Source: Nanobdellota archaeon | Lineage (GTDB): Archaea; Nanobdellota; Nanobdellia; Woesearchaeales; SKGA01 | DNA: 60,157 bases | Assembly (NCBI GenBank): GCA_051819805.1 | Contig: JBNJHD010000001.1 | Span: 74,962 to 135,118 of the forward strand | Direction: 5' to 3' | Part shown: one piece after another, positions 35,764 through 49,402 of the stretch | How the letters are laid out: every line of letters begins with the position of its first letter | Numbering within the stretch: the first letter of the stretch is position 1 | Translations under genes and position numbers: made by a program | The notes under the pieces: generated by a model | What the model saw: only the letters and a program-made list of their open reading frames with translations | Told to the model about the DNA's origin: nothing | The model's database searches: none

Positions 35764-37707
35764 TCAACACTGGCCTGCAGCTGGTTGCGCGGTTGCACTA
35801 TCGCTTGTCTCAATAATATCATCGCAAACGGATGGAGCATTATCGAACTCGCTGCAAAGCGCATTCTTCAAGCTGTCAGCATCACGACCACCAGAGTATG
35901 TCTTACCGTTGATGAGGAAGGTCGGTGACGCGGACGGTGAAGTCAATTGTCCCTGACGTTCACTCTTAACACTCTGGATGATGGAATCCTGCTCGCTAGC
36001 GTATGCAAGGCGATTCTCCTCGTAACACTGCTTGATGGCTTCTTCATCTACGCCTGCAGCTTCAGCAGCTTCGGTCCAGCATGAATCCGCATCCTGTGAA
36101 CTACACATATCATTTGCTGCGAGCGTGAAATCAAAGAATGCTTCTTTACCGAGCTCTTCAAGAGCGCACAACTCACGAACACCCTGATTGCCTTCCTGCT
36201 CGCCGTGAAGCGACTGGATGGAATCGCCGGACTGGCTGATGATGTAGTGTGGTACGATTTCTACTTTATCTCCGAAGAGGTCAAAAAGCTTGCTTGCAGC
36301 CTCGTCAGCAGGATCACCATATGGACAGAATGCCATGACGAAGTAATCAAGCCGAGGTTTGTCTCCAGTTGCACCAAGCGCTTCAAGGTTTGCTTTAGGG
36401 TAGTTTTCCATCATAGCTTCCTGTTCTGCACGCTTCTCCTCGTCAAGGTAATAGGTTGCACCTGTCACCTGATCAAGGAGTCGGTAGGAACTGTCGCTAT
36501 GCTCCTTGAAACTCAGCTGGAACTGTTCATCCTTCCATATTTCAGTGTTGATAACTTCTGGAGCGAAGATGTATGCTGGAGCCATCTCAAGATCATATTT
36601 CTCGATCATTTCTTGACCTTTCTCGCTTGTGGCTTCAACTTCCCTGATTTCAACCCCTGGGAATAGTTGCTCAGTCGTTGCTACGATCTGACCTGGATTG
36701 CAGTTGTCACACTCTTCTGAGTTAAGAACTGTCATCTCGAACTTGACTGGTTCAGGAACATCTGCACAAGCAGCTGGTTTCTCGTTCTCGAACTCTGCAC
36801 AGAACGCTCGCTTGAAATCAAGCTCTTCACGACCTCCATTGTATCTTTCCCCACCAATATAGATTGTAGGACTTCCTGAAGCATCTGCAGCTTGAGCTCG
36901 CTGTAAAGACGCTCTGTGAAGATTATTACCTTCGTCACCCTCATAACAAGTCCTGATTTCTTCAACAGGCATGTTCATATCCTTAGCACAGCTCTCCCAA
37001 TTACCTGGAATCGCATTCATATCCTTGTTCATGCAGGAGATGAAATCAAGATGCTTTTCAGGAGCATGCTCTTCAGCACATAACTGGACAATGTTGCCTT
37101 CAACTTCTGGCTGTCCATGAAGACTACTGAATGTGTCGTCACCATTATCAGTAGCTATGTACTCAATCTGAAGATCGAAGTTCTCTTCACCAAGATCTTG
37201 GATTGCAGGAATGATCGCATCTTCAGCCTGAACTCCGTACGGACATTGGCTCATGACATACAATTCGACAGGAACCTTTTCATCGACCGATCCGGACGAT
37301 TTCGATGGTTTCTCTTTCTTTTCAGTAGCAGAGAGAGTCTCGACTATCACGCTGTTTGTCTGATCTGCTTGCGACGGCGTAATGATGCCTTTTTCAGTCA
37401 AGGTGGATGTGATGTCATCAGCAGAAGATCTGATGTCATCAGCAGAAGCAGTGATGCCAAATCCGCTGGTAGCGATTGAAGCTATAAGGAGAATTGCCAT
37501 GATGACACTGATTGTTTTCCAAGCGAATGCGTTTTGAGCCTCGTTTGAAGAGGGTTTCTTCGCTTTGTGTTTGGTAGTGCTATGGTGGCTCGGAGAGCTC
37601 TTTTTCGCATGTGATTTATGACTGTCATGCGAATGACTACCACCTGAACTATGACTCTCATGAGTCGTGTGGGTTTTATTGTTTTTTTTCTTATGGGATT
37701 TTACCAT
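35764..37707 (-). CDS. Exported multi-thioredoxin-fold protein: His/Ser/Lys-rich N-terminus, TM anchor, DsbA-like (CPYG) module, CxxC (CDNC) module, second DsbA-like (CPYG) module
   Basis: Internal duplication: VELYVMSQCPYG..SLHGQPEVEGN..GSPTIYIGGERYNGGRE versus LDYFVMAFCPYG..SLHGEQEGNQG..ASPTFLINGKTYSGGRD. Confidence 0.75.
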   Translation of the reverse strand: MVKSHKKKNNKTHTTHESHSSGGSHSHDSHKSHAKKSSPSHHSTTKHKAKKPSSNEAQNAFAWKTISVIMAILLIASIATSGFGITASADDIRSSADDITSTLTEKGIITPSQADQTNSVIVETLSATEKKEKPSKSSGSVDEKVPVELYVMSQCPYGVQAEDAIIPAIQDLGEENFDLQIEYIATDNGDDTFSSLHGQPEVEGNIVQLCAEEHAPEKHLDFISCMNKDMNAIPGNWESCAKDMNMPVEEIRTCYEGDEGNNLHRASLQRAQAADASGSPTIYIGGERYNGGREELDFKRAFCAEFENEKPAACADVPEPVKFEMTVLNSEECDNCNPGQIVATTEQLFPGVEIREVEATSEKGQEMIEKYDLEMAPAYIFAPEVINTEIWKDEQFQLSFKEHSDSSYRLLDQVTGATYYLDEEKRAEQEAMMENYPKANLEALGATGDKPRLDYFVMAFCPYGDPADEAASKLFDLFGDKVEIVPHYIISQSGDSIQSLHGEQEGNQGVRELCALEELGKEAFFDFTLAANDMCSSQDADSCWTEAAEAAGVDEEAIKQCYEENRLAYASEQDSIIQSVKSERQGQLTSPSASPTFLINGKTYSGGRDADSLKNALCSEFDNAPSVCDDIIETSDSATAQPAAGQC

Positions 37708-37953
37708 TCATATCGTGCCTCACACTAGTATTATAGGACAAGAGTAGTATTACAAGAGATGAAGTTGTTGTTTGACCCTACCACCCTGAACTTGCCCCAC
37801 GTCTTACTATGTATTGGTTCAGACGTAGTGTTGGAGAACGAAGCATTTAGGGGTTATATAAATTTTATGTATGATTTGTGATGATACTTGTTGAGAATTA
37901 CATTTTCGCGAGCAGAAGCTTTTAAAAAAGAGTGCTTCGTAACAGGCAGTATC

Positions 37954-38430
37954 ATGAGAGCGTTAGTTATCTATTACACGAGAAGCGGTACCACGAAAAA
38001 AGCAGTGGGAGAACTCACAAAGCACATAAGGGCAGATATGTACGAACTTGTAGATCATAAGAAGAGGTCCGGACTGCTCGGATGGTTACGATCAGGAAGA
38101 GATGCGGCAAAGAAGAAGCTGACAGGGATCGACAAGCCGACAAACGTACCGTCAAGATATCCTGTTGTGATACTGGCAACGCCGAACTGGGTCGGCTCGA
38201 TACCGCCTGCAATGAGAATGTATATCAAAGAATATCTCACTGGAGTGAAGAAACTGGCGTTCATAGTGACGCAAGGTGGCAAGGGTCAGGAGAAGATCCT
38301 GACAGAACTTGAGGAGTTGACTGGGCAGAAGCCTGTGGCTGCTGTGCAACTGCGCTCGAAGGATGTGAAGAAGCAGACTGAAGCGTTCAAGACGTCGCTG
38401 AAAGGTTTTGTGGAGAAGCTCGCGAAGTGA
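37954..38430 (+). CDS. Flavodoxin-like fold protein
   Basis: MRALVIYYTRSGTTKK start. TATA gcTTTTAAAAAAg at 37918-37930 lies inside the longer ORF. Confidence 0.7.
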   Translation: MRALVIYYTRSGTTKKAVGELTKHIRADMYELVDHKKRSGLLGWLRSGRDAAKKKLTGIDKPTNVPSRYPVVILATPNWVGSIPPAMRMYIKEYLTGVKKLAFIVTQGGKGQEKILTELEELTGQKPVAAVQLRSKDVKKQTEAFKTSLKGFVEKLAK

Positions 38431-38483
38431 ATGTATTATTGTTTCTTTTATTTATTGTTCTTTTTCTTCTTTTGCGTTATTTT

Positions 38484-38504
38484 TTGTTGATTTAAAGTCA
38501 ACAA
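38484..38504. promoter_or_regulatory. Operator-like palindrome 1 at the grpE-dnaK promoter
   Basis: TTGTTGA-N7-TCAACAA lies immediately upstream of TATA gaaatatttatatagt (38507-38522). Confidence 0.6.
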
Positions 38505-38543
38505 CCGAAATATTTATATAGTAAACTAATTTACACCTACTTC

Positions 38544-38560
38544 GTTGATTTGAAATCAAC
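38544..38560. promoter_or_regulatory. Operator-like palindrome 2 at the grpE-dnaK promoter
   Basis: GTTGATTT-G-AAATCAAC has perfect 8-bp arms and is centred about 35 nt downstream of the TATA box, near the expected TSS. Confidence 0.6.
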
Positions 38561-38646
38561 ACATATTAGTTTTGGGAATGTCGTCCACTCAGTACATTGT
38601 AGAATTTATGGATGACACTGCAATGAAATCATGCGAGGTCATACTC

Positions 38647-39156
38647 ATGAGCAAGAACAAAGACGAAGAACAACAAGATGAAGATGCTGTAAAGCAAAAA
38701 GCGACTGCTGAAGGTAAGGATGAGGAGCTCAAAGAGTTACAACAACGACTTAATGAGACGAATGACTCGCTCATGCGACTCAAGGCAGAGTTCGAGAACT
38801 ATCGCAGACGAACTGATGCTGAAAAGAAGGATATGTATAACAGGGCAGTTGCAGATGTGCTCAAATCACTGGTGAATGTATTTGACGACTTCGAATTAGC
38901 ACTCTCGCACAAGCAAGATGGGGAGGACTTCCGAAAAGGAATGGAACTCATCTACGCGAAACTCTACCAGATGGCAGAAGACCATGGCTTAGAACGGATC
39001 AACACGCTAGGTAAGATGTTCGATCCGAATAAGCACGAAGTCATGCTGGCAGAAGAGAGTGACAAGCCGTCACAAGAAGTTCTTGAAGAACTGCAACCAG
39101 GATATGCTGTGGCTGGTAAGGTCATACGAAATGCCAAAGTCAAAGTGGCAAAATGA
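38647..39156 (+). CDS. grpE: Nucleotide exchange factor GrpE
   Basis: RLKAEFENYRRRTDAEK motif. ATG 38647 is preceded by GAGGT; alternative ATG at 38578. Confidence 0.85.
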   Translation: MSKNKDEEQQDEDAVKQKATAEGKDEELKELQQRLNETNDSLMRLKAEFENYRRRTDAEKKDMYNRAVADVLKSLVNVFDDFELALSHKQDGEDFRKGMELIYAKLYQMAEDHGLERINTLGKMFDPNKHEVMLAEESDKPSQEVLEELQPGYAVAGKVIRNAKVKVAK

Positions 39157-39187
39157 GAATTATTACAATACTATAAGGTGATAGAAT

Positions 39188-41080
39188 ATGGCAAAAATGA
39201 TAGGAATAGATTTAGGAACAACATTCAGTGCAGTGGCTGCACTGGAAGGCGGAAAGCCTGTTATCATACCGAATGCTGAAGGCGCACGGACAACGCCGAG
39301 CGTTGTAGCATATAAGGATGGAGAACGACTCGTAGGACAAGTAGCTAAGAACCAAGCAGTCCTTAACCCTGATAATACTGTCAGATCCATCAAACGATAT
39401 ATGGGAGAAGACCACAAGGTCAAATTTGGAGATGAAGAGAAAACGCCGCAGGAAATAAGTGCTATGATCCTCCAGAAACTCAAGGCTGATGCAGAAAGCT
39501 ATCTTGGCGATACGGTCGAAAAGGCAGTTATTACGGTACCTGCATACTTCACTGACGCACAAAGGCAAGCGACAAAAGATGCTGGAAAAATTGCAGGGCT
39601 TGAAGTGGAACGAATCATTAACGAGCCGACAGCAGCGTCTCTTGCATATGGTCTTGACAAAGGAAACGACCACACCATTCTCGTATTTGACTTTGGAGGA
39701 GGAACCTTTGATGTCTCGATCCTGGAACTAGGAGATGGTGTGTTTGAAGTCAAAGCGACAAACGGAGACAACCACCTCGGTGGAGATGATATTGATCAGA
39801 TACTCATCGATCACTTGGCAGAAGAGTTCAAGAAAGATAATGGTGTCGACCTCAGAGAGGATAAGACAAGTCTCCAGCGACTCAAGGAAGCTGCAGAAAA
39901 GGCAAAAATAGAACTCTCGACAAAACAATCCACTGCAGTAAACCTGCCATTCATCACAGCAGATAGCTCGGGACCGAAACACCTCAACCTAGACATCACA
40001 CGATCGAAGTTCGAACAATTGATTGCTGATGTCATCAGTCGACTACGGGATCCTACGGAACAAGCTCTCAAAAATGCTAAGATGGGCAAAAATGATATAG
40101 ACAAGGTCATCTTCGTAGGAGGATCGACACGAATCCCTGCAGTGCAGAAAATGGTCAAGGATCTTACAGGAAATGATGGAGATAAGTCTGTCAATCCTGA
40201 CGAAGCAGTGGCTATGGGAGCAGCGATCCAAGCAGGAATACTCGGTGGAGATGTCAAGGATGTGCTCTTGCTTGATGTCACGCCACTTAGTCTCGGTATC
40301 GAAACGCTCGGAGGAGTGTTCACGAAAATCATCGAAAAGAACACGACCATACCGACAAAAAACAGTCAGGTTTTCAGTACGGCAGCAGACAATCAATCCG
40401 CAGTAACTATTCGTGTCGGACAGGGAGAACGATCCATGTTTGATGATAATAAGGAACTCGGACGATTCGACCTCGTCGGAATACCCCCTGCACCACGAGG
40501 GGTGCCGCAAGTTGAAGTCACTTTTGATATAGATGCAAACGGTATTGTCCACGTCAGTGCAAAGGATAAGGGAACTGGCAAAGAACAATCAATCAAGATC
40601 ACCGCATCATCAAACCTCTCTGAAGAAGAGATCAAGAAGATGCAGGAAGATGCCGAAAAACACGCTGAAGAAGATAAGAAGAAACAAGAACGAGCAGAAA
40701 CACTCAACAACGCAGAAGGTCTTGTCTTTTCAGCAGAAAAACTCTTCAAGGACTTCGAAGGTAAGGTCGATAAAAAAGAGATTGAACCTGTGAAAAAAGA
40801 GATTGAAGAGCTGAAAAAACTTGTCGATGCTGAAGAGAAAGACTACGATGCCATCAAGAAGAAATATGATGCTGTGAATGAGAAAATCCAAGGTCTCTCG
40901 TCAAAGATGTATGAACAAGTGGCAAAAGAGCAACAACAGCAACAAGCAGCTGATGGTGATAAAACATCTTCGGACTCCAAGGACTCTGACTCCAAGAATA
41001 AGGATGAAGATGTCGTCGATGCTGACTACGAAGAAGTCAACGATGACGACAAGAAGGGAGACGACAAGAAAAGCGAGTGA
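39188..41080 (+). CDS. dnaK: Hsp70 chaperone DnaK
   Basis: [23 protein letters not shown] and [11 protein letters not shown] motifs. SD AAGGTGAT. Confidence 0.95.
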   Translation: MAKMIGIDLGTTFSAVAALEGGKPVIIPNAEGARTTPSVVAYKDGERLVGQVAKNQAVLNPDNTVRSIKRYMGEDHKVKFGDEEKTPQEISAMILQKLKADAESYLGDTVEKAVITVPAYFTDAQRQATKDAGKIAGLEVERIINEPTAASLAYGLDKGNDHTILVFDFGGGTFDVSILELGDGVFEVKATNGDNHLGGDDIDQILIDHLAEEFKKDNGVDLREDKTSLQRLKEAAEKAKIELSTKQSTAVNLPFITADSSGPKHLNLDITRSKFEQLIADVISRLRDPTEQALKNAKMGKNDIDKVIFVGGSTRIPAVQKMVKDLTGNDGDKSVNPDEAVAMGAAIQAGILGGDVKDVLLLDVTPLSLGIETLGGVFTKIIEKNTTIPTKNSQVFSTAADNQSAVTIRVGQGERSMFDDNKELGRFDLVGIPPAPRGVPQVEVTFDIDANGIVHVSAKDKGTGKEQSIKITASSNLSEEEIKKMQEDAEKHAEEDKKKQERAETLNNAEGLVFSAEKLFKDFEGKVDKKEIEPVKKEIEELKKLVDAEEKDYDAIKKKYDAVNEKIQGLSSKMYEQVAKEQQQQQAADGDKTSSDSKDSDSKNKDEDVVDADYEEVNDDDKKGDDKKSE

Positions 41081-41089
41081 ACCTCGCTG

Positions 41090-41110
41090 ATTTTTTTCTT
41101 TTTTATTTTT
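41090..41110 (+). terminator. Oligo-T terminator after dnaK
   Basis: tttttttcttttttattttt lies 10 nt after the stop codon. Confidence 0.55.
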
Positions 41111-41365
41111 CAATCGGTTCAGTCCAGAATAGCGGTCAGTGTTTGTTTGCAAGAGGTCGTATTTCCCCAAACTTGAGTTGAAGATAGGAGTTGTTTGTGC
41201 TTTTACATGCATTGTGTTTGCACAGTCGCCGACAGGAGCATTTTTACCTACAAAATGCGACTGAGGGACTTCAGGACAAACAGTCCGCACAATCTTCTCC
41301 TGTGTAGTTACTGTGAATGGTTGGTTTGGTGTTATCAGGGGATTTTTTGTCAGCAACTACCTTCC

Positions 41366-41390
41366 AAAAACACCTGAGTAAGGTGTTTTT
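41366..41390. other. Symmetric hairpin flanked by A5/T5 (bidirectional terminator-like)
   Basis: aaaaacacct-gagta-aggtgttttt, a perfect 10-bp stem. Confidence 0.6.
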
Positions 41391-41528
41391 CCTCCAATCA
41401 TTGAGCAAACTAACACTTAACCTTTCATTCACTTTACAAAAGTCCTTTCTGGACAGGGCTTTCAATGAATAGATTTAAAAGACAGCGACAGATAGCGAAA
41501 ATAGACTATATGAAGAGGTCGTTATGCC

Positions 41529-42671
41529 GTGGCAGAAAAAGATTATTATAATGTATTGGGAGTCTCAAAGGATGCTTCTAAAGAAGAGATCCGAAAAGCA
41601 TACAAGAAACTAGCGAAAAAATATCATCCTGACCTCAACAAAGATAATCCTGAAGCTGAACAGAAATTCAAGGATATCAATGAAGCTGTCAGTGTCTTGA
41701 GTGACGATACTAAACGACAGCAATACGATCAATTCGGAAGCGAAGGAATGAAAGCAGGAGCTAGTGGAGCTGGAGGTTTTGGCGGTTTCGGTGGTGGCTT
41801 TGGTGGTTTCAGTGGGGGAACTCATGCAGGATTTGATCTTAACGATATTTTTGAATCGTTTTTCGGTGGCGGTTTCGGTGGAGCACGAGGACGAAATAAA
41901 GGACCTCGTCAAGGAGCTGATCTGAGGTATGATTTGGATGTAACTTTGGAAGATGCAGCGACAGGTATTGATGAGACGCTCAACATAAAAAAAGACGACC
42001 AGTGCGATACTTGTGGCGGTCGGGGCGGAACCGGACAGGAAACTTGCGATCAATGCGGTGGTCATGGGATAGTCGAACAAGTGCAACGGACACCCTTCGG
42101 GATGTTCAGAACACAACAACCATGTCCTAAATGCAGTGGTACAGGAACGACTGTCAAAGAAACGTGCAAGGACTGTGGCGGTAAAGGATACCAACGAAAA
42201 GATAAGGCTATCAAGATACAAGTGCCAGCAGGAGTCAAGGATGGCATGCGACTACGTGTCGAAGGAGAAGGGGAGCCTGGAGAACCGGGAGCGCCGCAAG
42301 GTGACCTTTATGTGTTCATCAGCGTCAAGCCGCACGAAGATTTCAAGCGGGATGGTGATGATCTCTATATCACTGTGCCGATAACATTTGCACAGGCAGC
42401 GCTCGGAGATTCGATAGAAGTGCCGACAATCACTGGAAAAGCGCAACTGAAAGTTCCTGCAGGAACACAACCAGGTACTTATTTACGCATGAAAGGGAAA
42501 GGGATGCCGCACATGAGGGGCTCAGGTGATGGAGATCAGTATGTGAAGATAACGATTGAAGTGCCAAAGAACCTCACGAAAAAACAAAAAGATATTATTA
42601 GGCAGTTTGAAAAGCAAGCACATGAAAAGAAACCTCACCAGCGACTCTTCGAAAAACTTCGCGGTAACTGA
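41529..42671 (+). CDS. dnaJ: Hsp40 co-chaperone DnaJ
   Basis: J domain with YHPDLNK, a G/F-rich region, and four CxxCxGxG zinc motifs. GTG start. Confidence 0.9.
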   Translation: MAEKDYYNVLGVSKDASKEEIRKAYKKLAKKYHPDLNKDNPEAEQKFKDINEAVSVLSDDTKRQQYDQFGSEGMKAGASGAGGFGGFGGGFGGFSGGTHAGFDLNDIFESFFGGGFGGARGRNKGPRQGADLRYDLDVTLEDAATGIDETLNIKKDDQCDTCGGRGGTGQETCDQCGGHGIVEQVQRTPFGMFRTQQPCPKCSGTGTTVKETCKDCGGKGYQRKDKAIKIQVPAGVKDGMRLRVEGEGEPGEPGAPQGDLYVFISVKPHEDFKRDGDDLYITVPITFAQAALGDSIEVPTITGKAQLKVPAGTQPGTYLRMKGKGMPHMRGSGDGDQYVKITIEVPKNLTKKQKDIIRQFEKQAHEKKPHQRLFEKLRGN

Positions 42672-42734
42672 AAGATTTATAAAGTTCCTTTCCATGAAAT
42701 GGGTTATCTACTGAACTATAGGTGTTAAACTACA

Positions 42735-43001
42735 ATGGCTGAAGATAATATTCAAGAACAACCTCAAATGAGTAAGGAAGAGCAAATAGGATTCCACAAG
42801 GGGTCGCTAGCGACACTTGCTAAAGAACGTGAAGAACTCGCACGAATCCTTGGTATCGTAGAGCAACTCATGCAAATGCATATAGGTTCGCTCAAAGAAC
42901 TGGGTGTGGATATAGAAAAGGATGCGCAAGTACAACAAGCAAAACAAGGAGAACAACAAGCGCAGCCAGAGAAAAAAAGACCTATTGAAGACATTCTTTA
43001 A
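42735..43001 (+). CDS. Small helical hypothetical protein
   Basis: 88-aa ORF, Q/E-rich. Confidence 0.5.
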   Translation: MAEDNIQEQPQMSKEEQIGFHKGSLATLAKEREELARILGIVEQLMQMHIGSLKELGVDIEKDAQVQQAKQGEQQAQPEKKRPIEDIL

Positions 43002-43088
43002 TCAAAGGTGATTTTTTCTTCTATTATTTTTCATTTTACCTCTTCTCATATATATTAGTGTATTGTGGTTGTGCAGAAGGTAAATCAG

Positions 43089-43373
43089 ATGGTTGTTGAA
43101 ACGACACTCAAAAAACTCCGCGAAGCGACAGTTGCACATACAGATGCAGGTCCTTACTATGTGATTGATGGGAACTCCTGCAAGGAAGTTATTGTCAAGG
43201 GGGTTGTTAGGCACATTCGACCTGCACTCTGCTATATAGATATAGATGGAGAATCATTTACGACAATGAAAAAACAAGGAATCAAGCAAGGAGATTCCGT
43301 GAATTGTAGATTATCTCTAGGATATGAGAATGATACTAAGAAATTCACTATATTATCTATAGAGAAGAGTTGA
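43089..43373 (+). CDS. Small hypothetical protein (possible OB-fold)
   Basis: ATG 43089 is preceded by GAAGGT. Beta-rich pattern; no firm motif. Confidence 0.45.
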   Translation: MVVETTLKKLREATVAHTDAGPYYVIDGNSCKEVIVKGVVRHIRPALCYIDIDGESFTTMKKQGIKQGDSVNCRLSLGYENDTKKFTILSIEKS

Positions 43374-43380
43374 TAGAATA

Positions 43381-43836
43381 ATGTCCAGAAAACAATTCTC
43401 GAAAAAAGATATCAAGGAATTTCTCGCCAGTCACTCTGAAGCAGAAGATGTCATGACAAAGAAATCGGATGTCGTGCAGGTTAGCGAGATGCTTTATGTC
43501 AACGGAACGCTCTCCTATATATATGTCAATGAACGGTGGGTCCCTTCCTTAGTGCTCCTTCAAGTAAAACCTACTCTGTTACCTCGAGTGACCGTCGATA
43601 AAGGAGCAATCAAATTTGTTGTCAACGGAGCTGATGTCATGAGACCGGGAATAACGGCTGCTGAAGAATTCGATGAAGGGGATGTCGTGACAGTAGTTGA
43701 TGAAACGATGGGAAAACCTATAGCGGTATGCAAGACGTTGCACAACTCGCACGAGATTCTCAAAAAGGATTCTGGTAAGGTGCTTGAAACCCTTCATCAT
43801 ATTTCTGATACATTTTGGGAACAAAAGAATGCGTGA
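43381..43836 (+). CDS. PUA-domain RNA-binding protein (MCT-1/Tma20-like)
   Basis: VTVDKGAIKFVVNGADVMRPGI..GDVVTVVDE..KPIAV is a PUA pattern. Confidence 0.75.
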   Translation: MSRKQFSKKDIKEFLASHSEAEDVMTKKSDVVQVSEMLYVNGTLSYIYVNERWVPSLVLLQVKPTLLPRVTVDKGAIKFVVNGADVMRPGITAAEEFDEGDVVTVVDETMGKPIAVCKTLHNSHEILKKDSGKVLETLHHISDTFWEQKNA

Positions 43837-43957
43837 TGTGAGTGATGTTGCTTATTATATTATGACTGTTTATTGATAATTTCTTGTTCTTGACACTGTT
43901 ATTAGGTTTTCAGGTATGTTCAAGCACCTATATCTGTGACATATGAAGTTTACACCA

Positions 43958-43975
43958 CACATACTTTTTTAAATG
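43958..43975 (+). promoter_or_regulatory. rRNA operon candidate promoter P1 (BRE/TATA)
   Basis: cacatacTTTTTTAAAtg. Confidence 0.45.
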
Positions 43976-44100
43976 AACTGGCTTTTCTACGTGGCCGCAC
44001 CTGAAAGAACCATCAGGGGCGTGAAATGGTAATGTATCTTATAAGGTATGCATAGTCAATGACAAACGTCATTCGCTGTGTGTCTGCAAGTATGATAACA

Positions 44101-44116
44101 GAAAACCTTATAAATC
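44101..44116 (+). promoter_or_regulatory. rRNA operon candidate promoter P2 (BRE/TATA)
   Basis: gAAAACCTTATAAAtc. Confidence 0.5.
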
Positions 44117-44213
44117 ATGTGCCGTTTCTCGATAAAGTTCGAAACGAACGCCCAAGCACAAGAATGTGCTGGTGTAACGTTGTAGGTCGGGGGTATATGC
44201 AACGCAGAGAAAA

Positions 44214-44231
44214 GGAAAACCTTTTTAAAGC
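44214..44231 (+). promoter_or_regulatory. rRNA operon candidate promoter P3 (BRE/TATA)
   Basis: ggAAAACCTTTTTAAAgc, the best match to the window consensus. Confidence 0.55.
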
Positions 44232-44365
44232 GCTTGACATTCCTCGGTCGCTGTCTCGCACACCACGTGAGGCGAAATCAATCTCCTCCAATTCTCAGAC
44301 ACCAATCGCTTACTGATTGAGGTCGATATGTTCACGTGCTCGAACGAATGTTTGAGTATGAGGAA

Positions 44366-44380
44366 GGCAATGACGCAACC
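44366..44380 (+). other. 16S processing-stem 5' arm
   Basis: ggcaatgacgc-aacc pairs with 45993-46008 (ggtt-a-gcgtcattgcc): 11 bp, a 1-nt bulge, then 4 bp. Confidence 0.65.
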
Positions 44381-44462
44381 AAGCAAATTAGACAATTTGT
44401 TTGTGATAATTCCAATAAAGTATGCGATTGTACGTAAATAAACGAAGGATAAAAAACAATTA

Positions 44463-45931
<1,469 letters not shown>

Positions 45932-45992
45932 TATTTTTTCCTTAAGGAAAAAATTTGCCTGAACTTGATTCAGGACTTGTAACAGTAACAAC

Positions 45993-46008
45993 GGTTAGCG
46001 TCATTGCC
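45993..46008 (+). other. 16S processing-stem 3' arm
   Basis: Complement of 44366-44380. Confidence 0.65.
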
Positions 46009-46056
46009 ATTTCTCTTTTCACTTTCATTATAAGGTGATGGAATGCCCGTCTTCAT

Positions 46057-46130
46057 GGGCTCGTAGCTCAGTCCGGTAGAGCACCGCCCTTGCAAGGCGG
46101 GGGCCTCGGGTTCAAATCCCGACGAGTCCA
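46057..46130 (+). tRNA. tRNA-Ala (anticodon UGC), no encoded CCA
   Basis: Cloverleaf folds by hand: acceptor GGGCTCG/CGAGTCC with G3:U70, anticodon loop CTTGCAA, T-loop TTCAAAT. Confidence 0.95.
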
Positions 46131-46229
46131 TTTCAGGACAAGTCGGTCCAGCAATTGTTATTGCTGATATCACGAGTCCATTTCAGGACAAGTCGGTCCA
46201 GCAATTGTTATTGCTGATATCACGAGTCC
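46122..46229 (+). repeat. Perfect 50-bp tandem duplication (2 copies plus an 8-nt third start) beginning inside the tRNA-Ala 3' acceptor strand
   Basis: Unit acgagtccatttcaggacaagtcggtccagcaattgttattgctgatatc at 46122-46171 and 46172-46221, then acgagtcc at 46222-46229. Confidence 0.95.
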
Positions 46230-46391
46230 GCTTGAGTGATTATTCCATCAATTAATCAATCACAAATCATTTTCATCAAATTTCAATCAATAGATGATGA
46301 GTTCGGCACTGAAATACGTGTCGGATGAAGGGTCGAAATGTTGCAGGTAGCAACCTGTAGTAAAGAATACTATACTATTCACATTAATGAC

Positions 46392-46413
46392 GCCCGTGCA
46401 AAGGAAAGAAGAC
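46392..46413 (+). other. 23S processing-stem 5' arm
   Basis: gcccgtgcaaaggaaagaagac pairs over 22 positions (3 G:U) with 49381-49402. Confidence 0.8.
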
Positions 46414-46452
46414 AATCCTAATTAGTACACCAATTAAGTCTTTTTGCTATGT

Positions 46453-49353
<2,901 letters not shown>

Positions 49354-49380
49354 CTGACTTTTGGAGTACTGATTATACAT

Positions 49381-49402
49381 GTCTTCTTTCCTTTGTGCGG
49401 GT
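49381..49402 (+). other. 23S processing-stem 3' arm
   Basis: gtcttctttcctttgtgcgggt is the complement of 46392-46413. Confidence 0.8.

Noticed and set aside
39163-40749. Antisense and alternative-frame ORFs across dnaK (39163-39483, 39212-39673, 39811-40350, 40043-40588, 40393-40749)
   Set aside because: dnaK on the plus strand is unambiguous. The other ORFs have no motifs and are shadow frames.
41130-41460. Possible RNase P or SRP RNA in the dnaK-dnaJ spacer
   Set aside because: I could not find the conserved RNase P CR-I/CR-V strings or an SRP domain IV motif. Only aaagtcc resembles part of CR-I. The region is kept as an unexplained spacer, not called as an ncRNA.
46122-46229. Possible CRISPR array or mobile-element att site
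   Set aside because: There are only two directly abutting copies, no spacers and no cas genes, so it is not a CRISPR array. No integrase or foreign DNA lies between the copies, so an integrated element is not supported. It is reported only as a tandem duplication.
46294-46312. C-box-like ATGATGA followed by CTGA in the tRNA-23S spacer (possible C/D box sRNA)
   Set aside because: Only 8 nt separate the boxes, which is too short for a guide. No matching terminal D box or terminal stem was found downstream.
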